Origin: Gammaproteobacteria bacterium
Lineage (GTDB): Bacteria; Pseudomonadota; Gammaproteobacteria; Ga0077536
Assembly: GCA_963662545.2 (NCBI GenBank)
Contig: CAXXLL010000003.1
Coordinates: 2,592,001-2,656,000, forward strand
Length of the DNA stretch: 64,000 nt
Direction of reading: 5' to 3'
Part shown: piece by piece, positions 52,728-62,806 of the stretch
Numbering within the stretch: the first letter of the stretch is position 1
Layout of the letters: every line of letters starts with the position of its first letter
Notes under the pieces: generated by a model
Databases searched by the model: none
What the model saw: the letters and a program-made list of their open reading frames with translations, nothing else
What the model was told of the DNA's origin: nothing
Translations under genes and position numbers: made by a program

Positions 52728-53200
52728 TCATGTGAATAGTAAGGTCAACCCTTGACGCCAAGGACGACCGCTCGCGCCCGTGGCGCGCGGCTCCAATCTC
52801 ACCATGCCCCGATAACGCCATCGGCGTGTAGGTACAGCCGGACGACGGACACCGGCCGCCACCGCCAAGATTGCATCATCATCATTCCTTGCCCGCTTGC
52901 GTCGTCCGCCTTGAGAGTTCTTTGACAGCTTCGAGTTACCGGCCGGACCGGACGTCACGCGCGCTTCGGACATCGCCGAACGCCACAGTAGCGACGGGAC
53001 CGGTATTACCCGGCCATCGGCGATCGCACGTTGGAAATTTCGCACATTGTCGGCTCCATCCCTGAAGCCCATCCCGCGTACTTCGAGATCGGCCGCGGGT
53101 ATTCCGGCCTTGTCCAAAGCATCACGGAGTTCCGCTTCACGCCATCGATCCGCGACCACGACGGCCGGCCGGGCGAAGCGATCAAGCGCAGTGTCAACGG
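52728..53200 (-). pseudogene. Phage terminase large subunit, C-terminal (nuclease) fragment
   Basis: VADRWREAEL, RGMGFRDG, SLL.RSAMSEAR and PAGNSKL.K...GGRRKRAR(N)DD..AILAVA; ATPase half absent. Confidence 0.65.
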
Positions 53201-53615
53201 CGCCGCCGCCTCCCGCGCAGGCTCCAACAAGTGAGACTACGAGACCCATAGGTACTTAAGTCAAACGCCGACGGCGTTGGAGGATCCCCCCCCTGGTGCT
53301 TCATGCCAACGGGTCCCATCCGCGACTCTTTCCACATGCGCGGTAAACTCAATTTTCGCGCATGTGGAGCCCGGTTAAGCTAGGAATGGCCGACGAAGAT
53401 AGCTGCCGCACGCCATCGTTGCTGCTTGCCCGGGGACAAGTTTTTCTGCGTACGGCGACGTTCGAAATTTTATAGCTCAGGCTAAGCCACGCCTCGACCG
53501 TAGCTGAAAGGGCCCGGGTTTGGCACCGATAATTAAGGGACTTATGCATTAAAATCAGCAAGCCGCCTGTTCAGGCTTCCTTCCGAACCAGCTTGTAACG
53601 ATTGGATGGTACTTT

Positions 53616-54098
53616 CTATGGCTGCTGAATCTTGCTCAAGATTTCATCACGTAATTCGACAGCCAAAACATCGAGCACGCCTTTAATTTCGATTCCGTTT
53701 TCGTATGCACACGCTTTGAAATCCGCGAGATGTTCGGCCGTTAGAACATTTTCCCCCACATAGTCGAAACAGGCCTCTTGAATTTCATAGGGTTGCTTGT
53801 TTTTGAGGGTTTCCATGAGTTCCGGGGCAAGTTTCTGTGCGAGTGCCGGGGCGTTAATTCGGATAGAAATGGATCTCCCTAAATCCGTTAACGTACGTGG
53901 GCTCGCGCCAGTGACAGGAACAGGAGGGAGGCGCCCCAAGATCTTTTTGATGTCTTCACGAATTTCCTTAATGAATTCTCCCAAGGAGGTTCTGTCGGAG
54001 TTCACCGCTCCGACCCATTTCCCAACCGCAAAAACGGCGCCGATAGCGGCAAGCGCCGAAATTACAATCACTGCTGGGTTGCTGACTCCAACCTCCAT
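53616..54098 (-). CDS. Hypothetical membrane-anchored protein (IS1595 passenger)
   Basis: N-terminal TM helix, short coiled coil, SPRTLTDLG motif and helical C-terminal domain. Confidence 0.75.
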   Translation of the reverse strand: MEVGVSNPAVIVISALAAIGAVFAVGKWVGAVNSDRTSLGEFIKEIREDIKKILGRLPPVPVTGASPRTLTDLGRSISIRINAPALAQKLAPELMETLKNKQPYEIQEACFDYVGENVLTAEHLADFKACAYENGIEIKGVLDVLAVELRDEILSKIQQP

Positions 54099-54211
54099 TA
54101 TGCAGCCCTCGTCGCGCTATCAACCGGCAAGTAGTCTACACGCTCTTTGAACAAAACTAATGGATTCAGTTGGTTGGTTATATTGTGTGTCAAAAAAATT
54201 TCAATACCACA

Positions 54212-54400
54212 TCATCTTGTGTATCTTCGACGCACCAATTTCCAGCGCCGTTCCCGTTCTTCTTTCGTAGGCTCTCGATTCTCCCTTGGCGGCGGGTCCA
54301 TACGCGCCCCTAGAACTTGGCGGATAGCCTCGGTAAACTCGTCCTCCATAATAGGATCGCGGTCCTTCGGGAGTAGTCTGGGCTTGCGCTTCATGTTCAT
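54212..54400 (-). CDS. Small charged hypothetical protein (IS1595 passenger)
   Basis: 62 aa; ATG overlaps the protease stop codon. Confidence 0.6.
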   Translation of the reverse strand: MNMKRKPRLLPKDRDPIMEDEFTEAIRQVLGARMDPPPRENREPTKEERERRWKLVRRRYTR

Positions 54401-54858
54401 GGCGTACTGATAGTCACTTCGCCCGTAACCCCGTTGTACATCATTTGGAAACGCCTGAGAAATGTTCGTCCTATTAGCACAAGGTGTTGTTGGCCCCCGC
54501 CAATTAGATCGACACCAGCGAAAGAACCGTATAGCGTAAAACTCAGCGCAGGAATGTATATTTGGGCCGCGTACATATTAGCTAGATAATTCCCACTGAT
54601 CCCACCGAAATTTGAGCGATCGACGACAGGAAGCCCCAACCGCGTGGCAAGGCTCGCATCGATACAACTAATTGTCGCGCCAGTATCTATAACGGCATGA
54701 ACTTGCTGAATTAACGTTGTTGGAAGTGCAGCAGGTTTATTTGGATCGTAATTTGGGTCAAACCCAACGTCCACCAATATAGTAGGGCCGTAACCAACAA
54801 GAGAATCTTGTGCTTGGTGCCCGTTTGTGCTGACGAAGCCACAGCTAACACTAGGCAT
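54397..54858 (-). CDS. Retropepsin-like (clan AA) aspartyl protease
   Basis: AVIDTGATISCID catalytic motif, flap-like GGISG and LIGRTFL; ATG at 54858. Confidence 0.88.
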   Translation of the reverse strand: MPSVSCGFVSTNGHQAQDSLVGYGPTILVDVGFDPNYDPNKPAALPTTLIQQVHAVIDTGATISCIDASLATRLGLPVVDRSNFGGISGNYLANMYAAQIYIPALSFTLYGSFAGVDLIGGGQQHLVLIGRTFLRRFQMMYNGVTGEVTISTP

Positions 54859-55093
54859 GTATCTGTTGGTACAGTACTGAAGCTGGCAAGGATTGATTTT
54901 TGACGCCAACCTCTCGTATGAGATAAGGCCCCTTACCAAATTTCTGAGTTGCTTCGTGTGCTGCATCGTTGAACGTATCGAACGCCCCAATCATCTTCTC
55001 ATCATGGAGCAGCACCCATTTACCCATGTAATTGGTTTCAAAGTTTTCGCGCATCTTTTCAAACGCTGAAATATCTTTATCTAATGCGTCCAT
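54851..55093 (-). CDS. DUF5678-like small protein
   Basis: YMGKWVLLHDEKMIG.FD.F..A...A...FG..PYLIREVG; RBS AAGGAG; overlaps the protease start. Confidence 0.72.
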   Translation of the reverse strand: MDALDKDISAFEKMRENFETNYMGKWVLLHDEKMIGAFDTFNDAAHEATQKFGKGPYLIREVGVKNQSLPASVLYQQIHA

Positions 55094-55210
55094 ATCCCTC
55101 TCCTTTTGCCGCGCCGAGTCTAACTTTTTGTTTTTAGCAAGTGTATGACAACGAATTGACGTCATCTACTTCAAGTTTTACAAGGTATTAACTCCTATCG
55201 ATTAAAAGCG

Positions 55211-56155
55211 TCATGCAATCAAGGCTTTATAACTAAGCTTCCTTCCTCTGATTCCCTTTGCTAATGCGGCCATCCGATCAATCGTATCCACTTCACAGTT
55301 CCCCTCGTTCAGTCGGAAAGCCGCTTCATTGACGTAGCGGCCTAGATGCTTGTTCGATACGTGATGCCACGTGCCGATCACCGAGCGCTTGAAGACGCTC
55401 CATACACTCTCGATGCCGTTCGTGTGAATTTCGCCACGGACATACTCACCAGCGCTGTGCTTGACTGATTCGTGCTGGTATTGGTTTAGGATGGTCGGCA
55501 GGGCCGTATAAGCGCCGGCATCGTCCGTGTAGACGGTGGCCCCTTGCTCGGTATGGGCTTCGACGAAATTGATGAAGGTGCGCGCGTCAGTGGCGCTCAC
55601 GGGCTCGGCTGCAACCTTACCCCCGCGTTCCCGCGCCCCGATGATGGGTGTTTTGCCTGCGGTGCCGCGCCCAGCTTTGCGTTTCTTCGTTTCGTGCTTG
55701 TTGCGCTCTTTGCCGCCTACGTAGGTCTCGTCCACCTCTACGACATTCGCCAACTTGAAGTCCCCGCTCTTGCTCGCTTCGCGAACGCGGTGAAGCATAT
55801 GCCAAGCCGTGCGGTATTGCACACCGAGTTCCTTGCTAAGCTGCATGGCGCTGATCCCTTTGCGGCCCGTCAGGATCGAGTAGATAGCGTAAATCCAATG
55901 CTGAAGCGGTAGGGGGCTTGAATGCAGGCAGGTCCCTGTGGTTACCGTGAAATGCTTGCGACAAGACTTGCACCAGTAGTGATTCGGCTTGCTGTCTGAT
56001 GGCGGCCTGATCTCATCAACGCTACCGCAATGTGGGCAAACTGGCTGGCTGTTCCAAAGAACCTGCTCAAACCATTCGCGGCAGGCTGCGTCATCGGGGA
56101 AGCGCCGGTAAAGCTGGGGGACGCTGATAGTCTTGGCGATGCGTTTTTTCTTCAC
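55211..56155 (-). CDS. IS1595-family DDE transposase
   Basis: Zn ribbon CPHC...CKSC, HTH, VEVDETYVGG, YTDD, HTNGIESVW and YVNE..FR.N. Confidence 0.95.
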   Translation of the reverse strand: MKKKRIAKTISVPQLYRRFPDDAACREWFEQVLWNSQPVCPHCGSVDEIRPPSDSKPNHYWCKSCRKHFTVTTGTCLHSSPLPLQHWIYAIYSILTGRKGISAMQLSKELGVQYRTAWHMLHRVREASKSGDFKLANVVEVDETYVGGKERNKHETKKRKAGRGTAGKTPIIGARERGGKVAAEPVSATDARTFINFVEAHTEQGATVYTDDAGAYTALPTILNQYQHESVKHSAGEYVRGEIHTNGIESVWSVFKRSVIGTWHHVSNKHLGRYVNEAAFRLNEGNCEVDTIDRMAALAKGIRGRKLSYKALIA

Positions 56156-56296
56156 GGAGGTCTCCTATATCCTGCTTATTATGGTATAGGAGTTTCCTCG
56201 AATAATCAACTACTTTATTTCCCTGCTGATTTTAATGCATAAGTCCCATAATTAACCTAGACCCGTTCTAAGGGATCACTCCACTCGCGATCGAGC

Positions 56297-56411
56297 TTCA
56301 TCCAACGGTCGGTTTGCCTTTTGCAAGCACCTCAGGCGCACGACCTGCTTGCACCAGCTCAAGCCTCTGCCCGAAAAATCCCGGTGGGTAAGTTCTTCTG
56401 GTCTTTGGCAT
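56297..56411 (-). pseudogene. Degenerate IS3 orfA remnant
   Basis: MPKTRRTYPPGFFGQRLELVQAGRAPEVLAK* resembles the orfA at 62498. Confidence 0.7.
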
Positions 56412-56990
56412 CGTCGACGTCTCTCATCGTCAAGGTTTAGATGCCCATGACAGCGAGGCAAGACCACATAGTGTTGCCTCTGCACACTACCATGAAAGCG
56501 CAATAAAATATTGCAACGTCCCATATCATCCACGACTGACTTGAATTGAACATCGAAGTTGAGCACGTCGTGGAAAAGCTAGTGAGTAGATCCAGGGCGG
56601 GCATTGTTAGGTGTGCACGCACGATTTTCGTGCTCTCTGTCGCACAGGGAACAGGGTTCGGTCATGTCTCGATGGTTGACGTATAAAAGGGGCCGTGCTG
56701 GGTGCGAGGCCGTTCCACCAGTGGTGTGTTCGCACCCGTTTGTTAGCGTGGCCCGGATTGCGTTCGGCTTGTCCTCGTTGATGGCACGCTCACGCGTGAC
56801 CTCGTATGAAAGAGTGATCCCCAATCGCAATCTCACCCAGCACAACCTCGTGTTGATATTGGGAGAAATGGAGATGGTACGCAAGACCTCAGACAGTCGT
56901 TTGTGTCTGACGTCAGCGCCTTTGGGACAAATTGAGGTAATTGCATAACGGGGGATTTCTGGCTCATCGTAGTAACCGAAGGGAACGAAG

Positions 56991-57365
56991 ATGAGACAGA
57001 AATCAATGAGCAAGAACGACCCGGCGGAGAGAACGGTTCGGGATATTCGCCGCAAGACACGCAAGCAGTATACGGCTGAGGAGAAGATCCGGATCGTGGT
57101 GTCGGGCCTGCGCGGCGAGGAGAGCATCGCCGCCTTGTGCCGCCGCGAGGGCATCGCCGAGGGTCTGTATTACAGCGGGTCGAAAGAGTTTTTGGAAGCG
57201 GGCAAGAAGCGGCTCGCCGGCGACACCGGGCGCCAAGCGACCTCGGGTGAGGTTAAAGGCCTGCGCCAGGAGATGCGCGACTTGAAGGAGTGGGTCGCCG
57301 AACTTTCGCTGGAGAACCGTCTTCTCAAAAAAAACATGATCGGGCATGGGGGCGGCGAGCAATGA
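56991..57365 (+). CDS. IS3-family transposase OrfA
   Basis: RKQYTAEEKIRIV..GLRGEESIA.LCRREGI. Confidence 0.88.
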   Translation: MRQKSMSKNDPAERTVRDIRRKTRKQYTAEEKIRIVVSGLRGEESIAALCRREGIAEGLYYSGSKEFLEAGKKRLAGDTGRQATSGEVKGLRQEMRDLKEWVAELSLENRLLKKNMIGHGGGEQ

Positions 57366-58342
57366 GGTATCCCGCATCCGAGAAGCTGGAGATCATCCGC
57401 CGGGTCGAGCAGTCCCACCTGGGCGTTGGGTCCACTTTGGACAAGCTGGGCATTCCGAAGACCACCTTTTATCGCTGCTACGATCGCTTTCTGGCCTTTG
57501 GCGACGCCGGTCTTGAGGATCGCAACAGCAGCCCAGGCCGGGTGTGGAACCGTATCCCGGATGATGTCCGGGGGCAGATCATCGATCTTGCCCTGGAGGA
57601 GACGCAACTGTCGCCCCGGGAACGGGCCGTCAGGTTTACGGACACCAGGGGCTACTTTGTCTCGGAAGCCTCGGTTGACCGGCTTCTCAAGGCCCACGAC
57701 CTGATCACCAGCCCCGCTTTCGTGGTCATCAAGGCAGCCGATGAGTTCCGCAACAAGACCACGGCGCCGAACCCGCTGTGGCAGACCGGCTTCACCTATC
57801 TCAAGGTCATCGGCTGGGGCTGGTTTTACCTGTCGAGCATCCTGGACGACTATTCCCGCACCATCATTGCGTGGAAGCTCTGCACCAACATGACGGCGGA
57901 CGATGTGACGGCAACACTGAAGTTGGCGCTAGAAGCCTCAGGCTGCAATCGCGCCAATGTCGTCCACAAGCCGAGGCTGCTCAGCGACAACGGCTCGTCC
58001 TATATCTCCAGCGATGTGGCTGAATGGCTCGAGGACCACGGTATGGATCACGTTCGGGGCGCACCGTATCACCCGCAAACCCAAAGCAAGATCGAGCGCT
58101 GGCATCAAACGCTGAAGAACCGGATCCTGCTTGAAAATTATTATCTACCCGGCGATCTCGAAAACCAGATCAGCGCCTTCGTCGATCACTACAACAACCA
58201 ACGCTACCACCAGAGCATCGGCAACGTAACTCCAGCTGACGCCTACTTTGGACGCCACACCGCCATCATCGAAAAGAGAAAAAAGATCAAAAAACTGACC
58301 ACCCAAAACCGCCGCTTGAACCATCAAAGCCAAGCGGCTTAA
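57362..58342 (+). CDS. IS3-family transposase OrfB with first catalytic Asp mutated
   Basis: LWQTGFTY (normally WQTDFTY), LSDNGSSY and HPQTQSKIERWH. Confidence 0.85.
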   Translation: MRYPASEKLEIIRRVEQSHLGVGSTLDKLGIPKTTFYRCYDRFLAFGDAGLEDRNSSPGRVWNRIPDDVRGQIIDLALEETQLSPRERAVRFTDTRGYFVSEASVDRLLKAHDLITSPAFVVIKAADEFRNKTTAPNPLWQTGFTYLKVIGWGWFYLSSILDDYSRTIIAWKLCTNMTADDVTATLKLALEASGCNRANVVHKPRLLSDNGSSYISSDVAEWLEDHGMDHVRGAPYHPQTQSKIERWHQTLKNRILLENYYLPGDLENQISAFVDHYNNQRYHQSIGNVTPADAYFGRHTAIIEKRKKIKKLTTQNRRLNHQSQAA

Positions 58343-58415
58343 CATCAAACAAAGATGAGCCAGATCCTCCCTTATGAAACACGCTCAACAGTCCCATTTG
58401 TTTTGATGACGGACA

Positions 58416-58456
58416 GCAATTACCTCAATTTGTCCCAAAGGCGCTGACGTCAGACA
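58416..58456 (-). repeat. Perfect 41-bp inverted copy of the IS left end, abutting the right end
   Basis: Exact reverse complement of 56904-56944. Confidence 0.95.
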
Positions 58457-58752
58457 GTGCGTGCATTCAGCACTACGCTCAATGCCGGTAGCGGGAGCTG
58501 GGCCGTCTGACCAGCATTTGCAGCCTGGCTTTTCGTCCTGCAGCTGCGATGCTGCGCCCTGTAGCATCTCCTTTTTTGGGGTTTGGTCACCGCCTGTTAC
58601 CGGACAGGCACAGGAAGTGCCACTTTTTCTTTCAGTCCAGTTCAACAGCGTTCGGGACATCTCCCCCCGGACAGGGCTAAAACGGCTACCACTAGCGACG
58701 GCGAATGTCGCTACGCTAGCGATTCACGCCTGCGACTCGTCTAAATCGGTCG

Positions 58753-59178
58753 TTATTGCGCAGCGGGCGCACCGCAGCGGCAGACCATCTTGGTCACCGC
58801 ATGAACCGTCACCGTGCTGCTATAACGCGCGTTATCGGGTACGTGTCTGGGCGCGGCGACGATCGATGCAAATGTCGTCGCCATGCCGGGTTCGAGTACC
58901 GCGGCGATCGATATATAGGCCGTACGGCTGTGCGTATCCGGTTGATCATCACCCGCATACGGCCAGATCCAATTGTGCCGAATCATGAGCTTGATATCCT
59001 TGATCTGCGTCTCGCTTTGATTGTGGACGAGCCCGGACACTTGTCCCGGTCCATCCTCGCGGGACTCGATGCTGATCAGGACCCGCGGGGTTTCCTTTGC
59101 CACTACAGTGTCCGCGAGCGTCGTCGAACTTGACAGGAGCAGCGCTGCGACCAATGCGGCCAGGTTTGGGATCTGCAT
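58753..59178 (-). CDS. Hypothetical secreted protein (FxLYD/Ig-like)
   Basis: Signal peptide; VSG.V.N.S...IKDI.L and LEPG....F; RBS GGAGG. Confidence 0.65.
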   Translation of the reverse strand: MQIPNLAALVAALLLSSSTTLADTVVAKETPRVLISIESREDGPGQVSGLVHNQSETQIKDIKLMIRHNWIWPYAGDDQPDTHSRTAYISIAAVLEPGMATTFASIVAAPRHVPDNARYSSTVTVHAVTKMVCRCGAPAAQ

Positions 59179-59639
59179 CGTCAGTGCCTCCTTCGAGCGT
59201 CTAAACAACTTGTTTCAGCCCCGCTTACGCGGGGCCGCGGCGCGCGCGCCCATAGGATCTCAGATCGACCCAGCTAAGCCAATACTTCGAACGAGAGCCG
59301 GGCGGCAACGCTAAACGCACCCCTGAAGTTCACGACCGAGTCATCGAAAGCATCCGGGTTGTTAATTCGCACTTAAAAGCGATCTACTTTGGGTAGGTAT
59401 TTGCACCTAATTCTGACCCACGTGTAACCCTCAGTCACGAACTTCCGCGCCAAGGGGGTCTAAATCCGCGCCGGACGAGAGCGGACACCGTATGCGCTAC
59501 TATCCATGTGCAAGCGAAATTTTTTGAATAATAAGGATGGGTTTGGGACGATTGGAGCGGCGACCCGCTCACCATCGGAAATCAATTTTTGTTTCTCCTA
59601 TAGATCAAGTCCGTCCGGACCAAGGACTGGGCCGATGAA

Positions 59640-60538
59640 GTGTACGGCGAGGACTGACGCTTCCGGTGGCGTCTTCGTGCGCCTATTATCTCGGCTGTCC
59701 GGGCATTCTGGTGAAGTCCACGTTGAAGAACGACTTCGTCAACGCCGTCAATTACGTGACCAAGGGTTCGAGCGGGGTCCACATGACACTCTCCATGACC
59801 TTCCCCGACTTGACCCTGCCGCAGTCGGTGCTCGACGGCATACGACTGTTGAACGAGGAGTTTCCGGGGCTGTTCAGGTGGATGGGGGAGGTCAACCTGG
59901 TCAAGCGGGTACTGTTCGACAACGCACATCGGGCCGTCCCCTTGGCCGCCATCACCAAGTGGGCACCGTTCATGGTTGTGTTGCGCGAACGCGGCATGCC
60001 GCTGGCGGTCCATGCGGATCTGGGCAACGATGACGCGCCGACCTAATCCCTGCCCTGGAGCGAGGCGGTGCTGCATCGATACTCGAACAACCCGATCGTG
60101 TGAATGCACATGGGTTTGTCGCGGGAACTCGTCGCCATCGAGGCGGGTGTGTGCATCGCGGTACTGGTAGCGCTGCTGAACCGCTATCCGAACCTGACAC
60201 TCGACATTTTCTAGCGGGTGATCGACGACCATTTCTTTTCCGACCCGCGGATACGGACGCAGTACGTGCCGTTCCTGAACGCGTATTCCAATCGAATTTT
60301 GCCGGGGACAGACTTCGTAGCATCCGGCGATAAGTGCTTCGAGGTGTATCGGGAGGCGCTTGAAGCCACGAGTCGGATCAACCGCCACCTGAATGATGTT
60401 GCGTTCCAGAACATTGCCCTGGGCGAGAATTACTTCAGGCTACTGAACCTGGATTACGGGGCCCCAGGGTGTGTCCTAGTCAAAGTCAACGCTGAGTGCC
60501 CGGCGCGTGTAGTCGCCGCCGCAGGGACAAATCAGTAA
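59640..60538 (+). pseudogene. Amidohydrolase-fold protein pseudogene
   Basis: One frame with stops at 60044 (TAA), 60101 (TGA) and 60212 (TAG); motifs WMGEVNL, VHADLG, IV*MHMG and LPGTDFV; 5' end missing. Confidence 0.75.
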
Positions 60539-60622
60539 CCCGGTGGGGAGCTAAAACAAGGGGTATCCGATGGTCTGTGTCAGCGGCACCGTGAGCAGGG
60601 CTGCAGCACATGGGGGCGTCGA

Positions 60623-61297
60623 TCATTTTGCCGACTTCAACCATTGCGCAAGCGGTTTGTCCGGATCGGCAATCTGATCGATCGAGCCGTACCAATAGCG
60701 CTGCCAGCCGACCTCCGGCAGGCCGGTGAACAGCATCAGGTTCAGCGGATAGTCCTCGCTGTCGGTGCAACGACGAAAATCGTCCCGGAACAAAAACACG
60801 GGCTTGCCCCAGGCGATCGCCATACCCAACTCGACCATCACGCCCTCGTCCGGGGGGCAACCGTTGACCACCGCGAACAGTCCATCGGCATCCCGCACAT
60901 CGCGAAGGTCGGCCTGGCCGATCTGGTAGGCCCAACCAGGGGTTGTCTGATCGATCTGATTGTTGCGTGCGAAGGGCTCCCAAACCTCAGCGCCCACGGC
61001 TTCCAGAGCCGCCACGAGCGCCGCCAACGGCCCCTCGCTTTGCTGTAAGGAGAAGCCATACGGGTTCGCTAGATACAGGGTCTTCTTAGCCGTCGCGGTC
61101 GCGTAGCGTCCTGCTTCGCCAACCGCTCCGTCGGCGCCCACCCCACTCGAACTCACCAACGCAAGCGCGAGGCCTAAGACAACGACTTTGACGCCACAGA
61201 CGACGCTGAAAATTTCACTTTTTTCGGTAATCAAAATACGGAATTTCCTAGCTTTTATAGTGATGCTTTGAGAGCAGCTATTTCGTCTCTGAGGCAA
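60623..61297 (-). CDS. Nucleoside 2-deoxyribosyltransferase family protein; start uncertain
   Basis: LYLANPYGFS, DLRDV..AD, PDEGVMVELGMA and LNLML. Confidence 0.85.
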   Translation of the reverse strand: MPQRRNSCSQSITIKARKFRILITEKSEIFSVVCGVKVVVLGLALALVSSSGVGADGAVGEAGRYATATAKKTLYLANPYGFSLQQSEGPLAALVAALEAVGAEVWEPFARNNQIDQTTPGWAYQIGQADLRDVRDADGLFAVVNGCPPDEGVMVELGMAIAWGKPVFLFRDDFRRCTDSEDYPLNLMLFTGLPEVGWQRYWYGSIDQIADPDKPLAQWLKSAK

Positions 61298-61664
61298 GCT
61301 AATCCATCGTTTTCACTCATGAGAACGCTCCCTAAGGAAACCGCTCTCCTACCGGGGGTAGCAAGAGGGCGGTTGGTCTCCGGGCCTGAGAAGCAAAGGG
61401 GAGTGTAGCTATCCCTTACCCCTGGCAGAAACTGCCCCTCTCGCAAGACGAACGAAGCCTATCCCTATGCTGCACTTTCGATCATGCTGGAGTATACGGC
61501 CAAGGACAAGAGGTATATCCACTCTATGAGTTCGCCATTGAGATAGTGGGGGCCGAGGCGCTTGAGATCGCTCTTGACGAGTTTGCCGGCCGCATCTGGC
61601 ACTTAGACTCATCCACCATTTGCGCTTGGGCAACGCTTCGCGCATCTTCCCTCCTCCCCATCAG

Positions 61665-62443
61665 TCAGTTGGACCCCTTCTGAGTGAGAATAGCGCTCAG
61701 AAAATTATGCATTAGATCTGATTTGGGATACCTCGAAAGCACATCTTCGAAACGATTGTAGAATTCCACATCTAAAGGTGAAGATGAGAACCAGTGTCTT
61801 TCTACGGAGAAATCGAGTAGCTCGAAATAGTGTTTGTACTCCGCGTAGGTAAGCTTGTTCACCCAAGCCGGTTTGCCTGACCTTCTACCGATATGCCGAT
61901 AGAACGCTTCAAACACATCATCGGTAAATAGAAGATGCGGCCAAGGGAAATACACTTCCCGATACCGATGGGATGCTTGCGGACCTCGATATAAATTCGC
62001 ATGCAAGTAGAACTTGCCGTTTTCCTTCAATAAGTGTTTGACGCCTTGCAGAGCAGAGAACGGATGTTTGATGTGTTCCCATACGGCCCACGAATAGATC
62101 CGGTCGAACTCTCCTAACTCACTACAGCCGTCTTTACTGATATCCAAGATCCGTAATTCGACGCCAGCTTGATCTAAGTACGTGTTCCACGCTTCACGGT
62201 CCTTGATATCCACGCCAACAACACTGCAATCGTAGTCTTTGGCCAAGACATAACAGACCTCGCCGCGACCACAACCAACTTCGAGCACCTGCTTTCCACG
62301 AATATCGATGAGTTCGTCAAGCCTCCCCGCGCGTTTCTCGGCTGCGGCCAACATGGCTGGTGCATGGAGCTCGCGGGGTTTAGAAACAATTGGCTTAGAT
62401 TCGTATTCCTTGTTTAATTCAAGAAACAAGTTCAAATCGAAAT
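61665..62443 (-). pseudogene. Class I SAM-dependent methyltransferase, 5' end removed by IS3
   Basis: VLEVGCGRG, VGVDI, FDRIYS.AVWEH and LK.NG; low GC; the frame runs into the IS end at 62444. Confidence 0.8.
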
Positions 62444-62497
62444 TGGAGTTGACCCGTTTTCGTGGATACCTGACCCTTTTAGAAGGAGGATTCCACG

Positions 62498-62806
62498 ATG
62501 CCCAAAACACGAACTGCCTATCCACCGGCCTTCCGGCAACAGATGATCGAACTGGTACGGGCGGGCCGCAGCCCGGAAGACCTTGCACGCGAGTTTGAGC
62601 CGACCGCACAGACCATTCGCAACTGGGTCGCGCCGGCCGACCGTGATGAAGGTCGCCGCAACGACGGTCTGACCACCGTCGAACGCGAAGAACTGCGCCG
62701 TCTGCGTCGGGAGAATCGGCGGCTACGTGAGGAACGGGAGATCCTTTCAAAAGCCACGGCCTGGTTCGCTCGGGAGACCGATTCGAGGAAATCTTCGAGT
62801 TCATGA
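62498..62806 (+). CDS. IS3 transposase OrfA
   Basis: YPPAFRQQMIELV, EELRRLRRENRRLREEREIL.KA. Confidence 0.92.
   Translation: MPKTRTAYPPAFRQQMIELVRAGRSPEDLAREFEPTAQTIRNWVAPADRDEGRRNDGLTTVEREELRRLRRENRRLREEREILSKATAWFARETDSRKSSSS

Larger units (their letters stand above)
53537..56247 (-). mobile_element. IS1595-family transposon with passenger genes
   Basis: Perfect 24-bp IRs GGGACTTATGCATTAAAATCAGCA; 8-bp TSD ATAATTAA at 53529-53536 and 56248-56255. Confidence 0.97.
56904..58415 (+). mobile_element. IS3-family element, probably inactive
   Basis: TG...CA imperfect IRs (TGTCTGACGTCAGCGCCTTTGGGACA and GTCCCATTTGTTTTGATGACGGACA); orfA/orfB with an A8 run near 57327. Confidence 0.88.

Noticed and set aside
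53280-53300. C8 tract as a phage cos site or phase-variation tract
   Set aside because: It is not within a recognisable gene, and no HNH or small terminase gene is adjacent to support it.
61326-61405. Hammerhead-like RNA (GAAA, long stem ACCGCTCTC/GAGGGCGGT, CTGAGAA)
   Set aside because: The core reads CUGAGAA rather than CUGANGA, and stems I and II do not close properly. Only the hairpin is supported.
62444-62804. N-terminal extension of the 379-aa methyltransferase ORF
   Set aside because: It is antisense IS3 sequence, not part of the gene.
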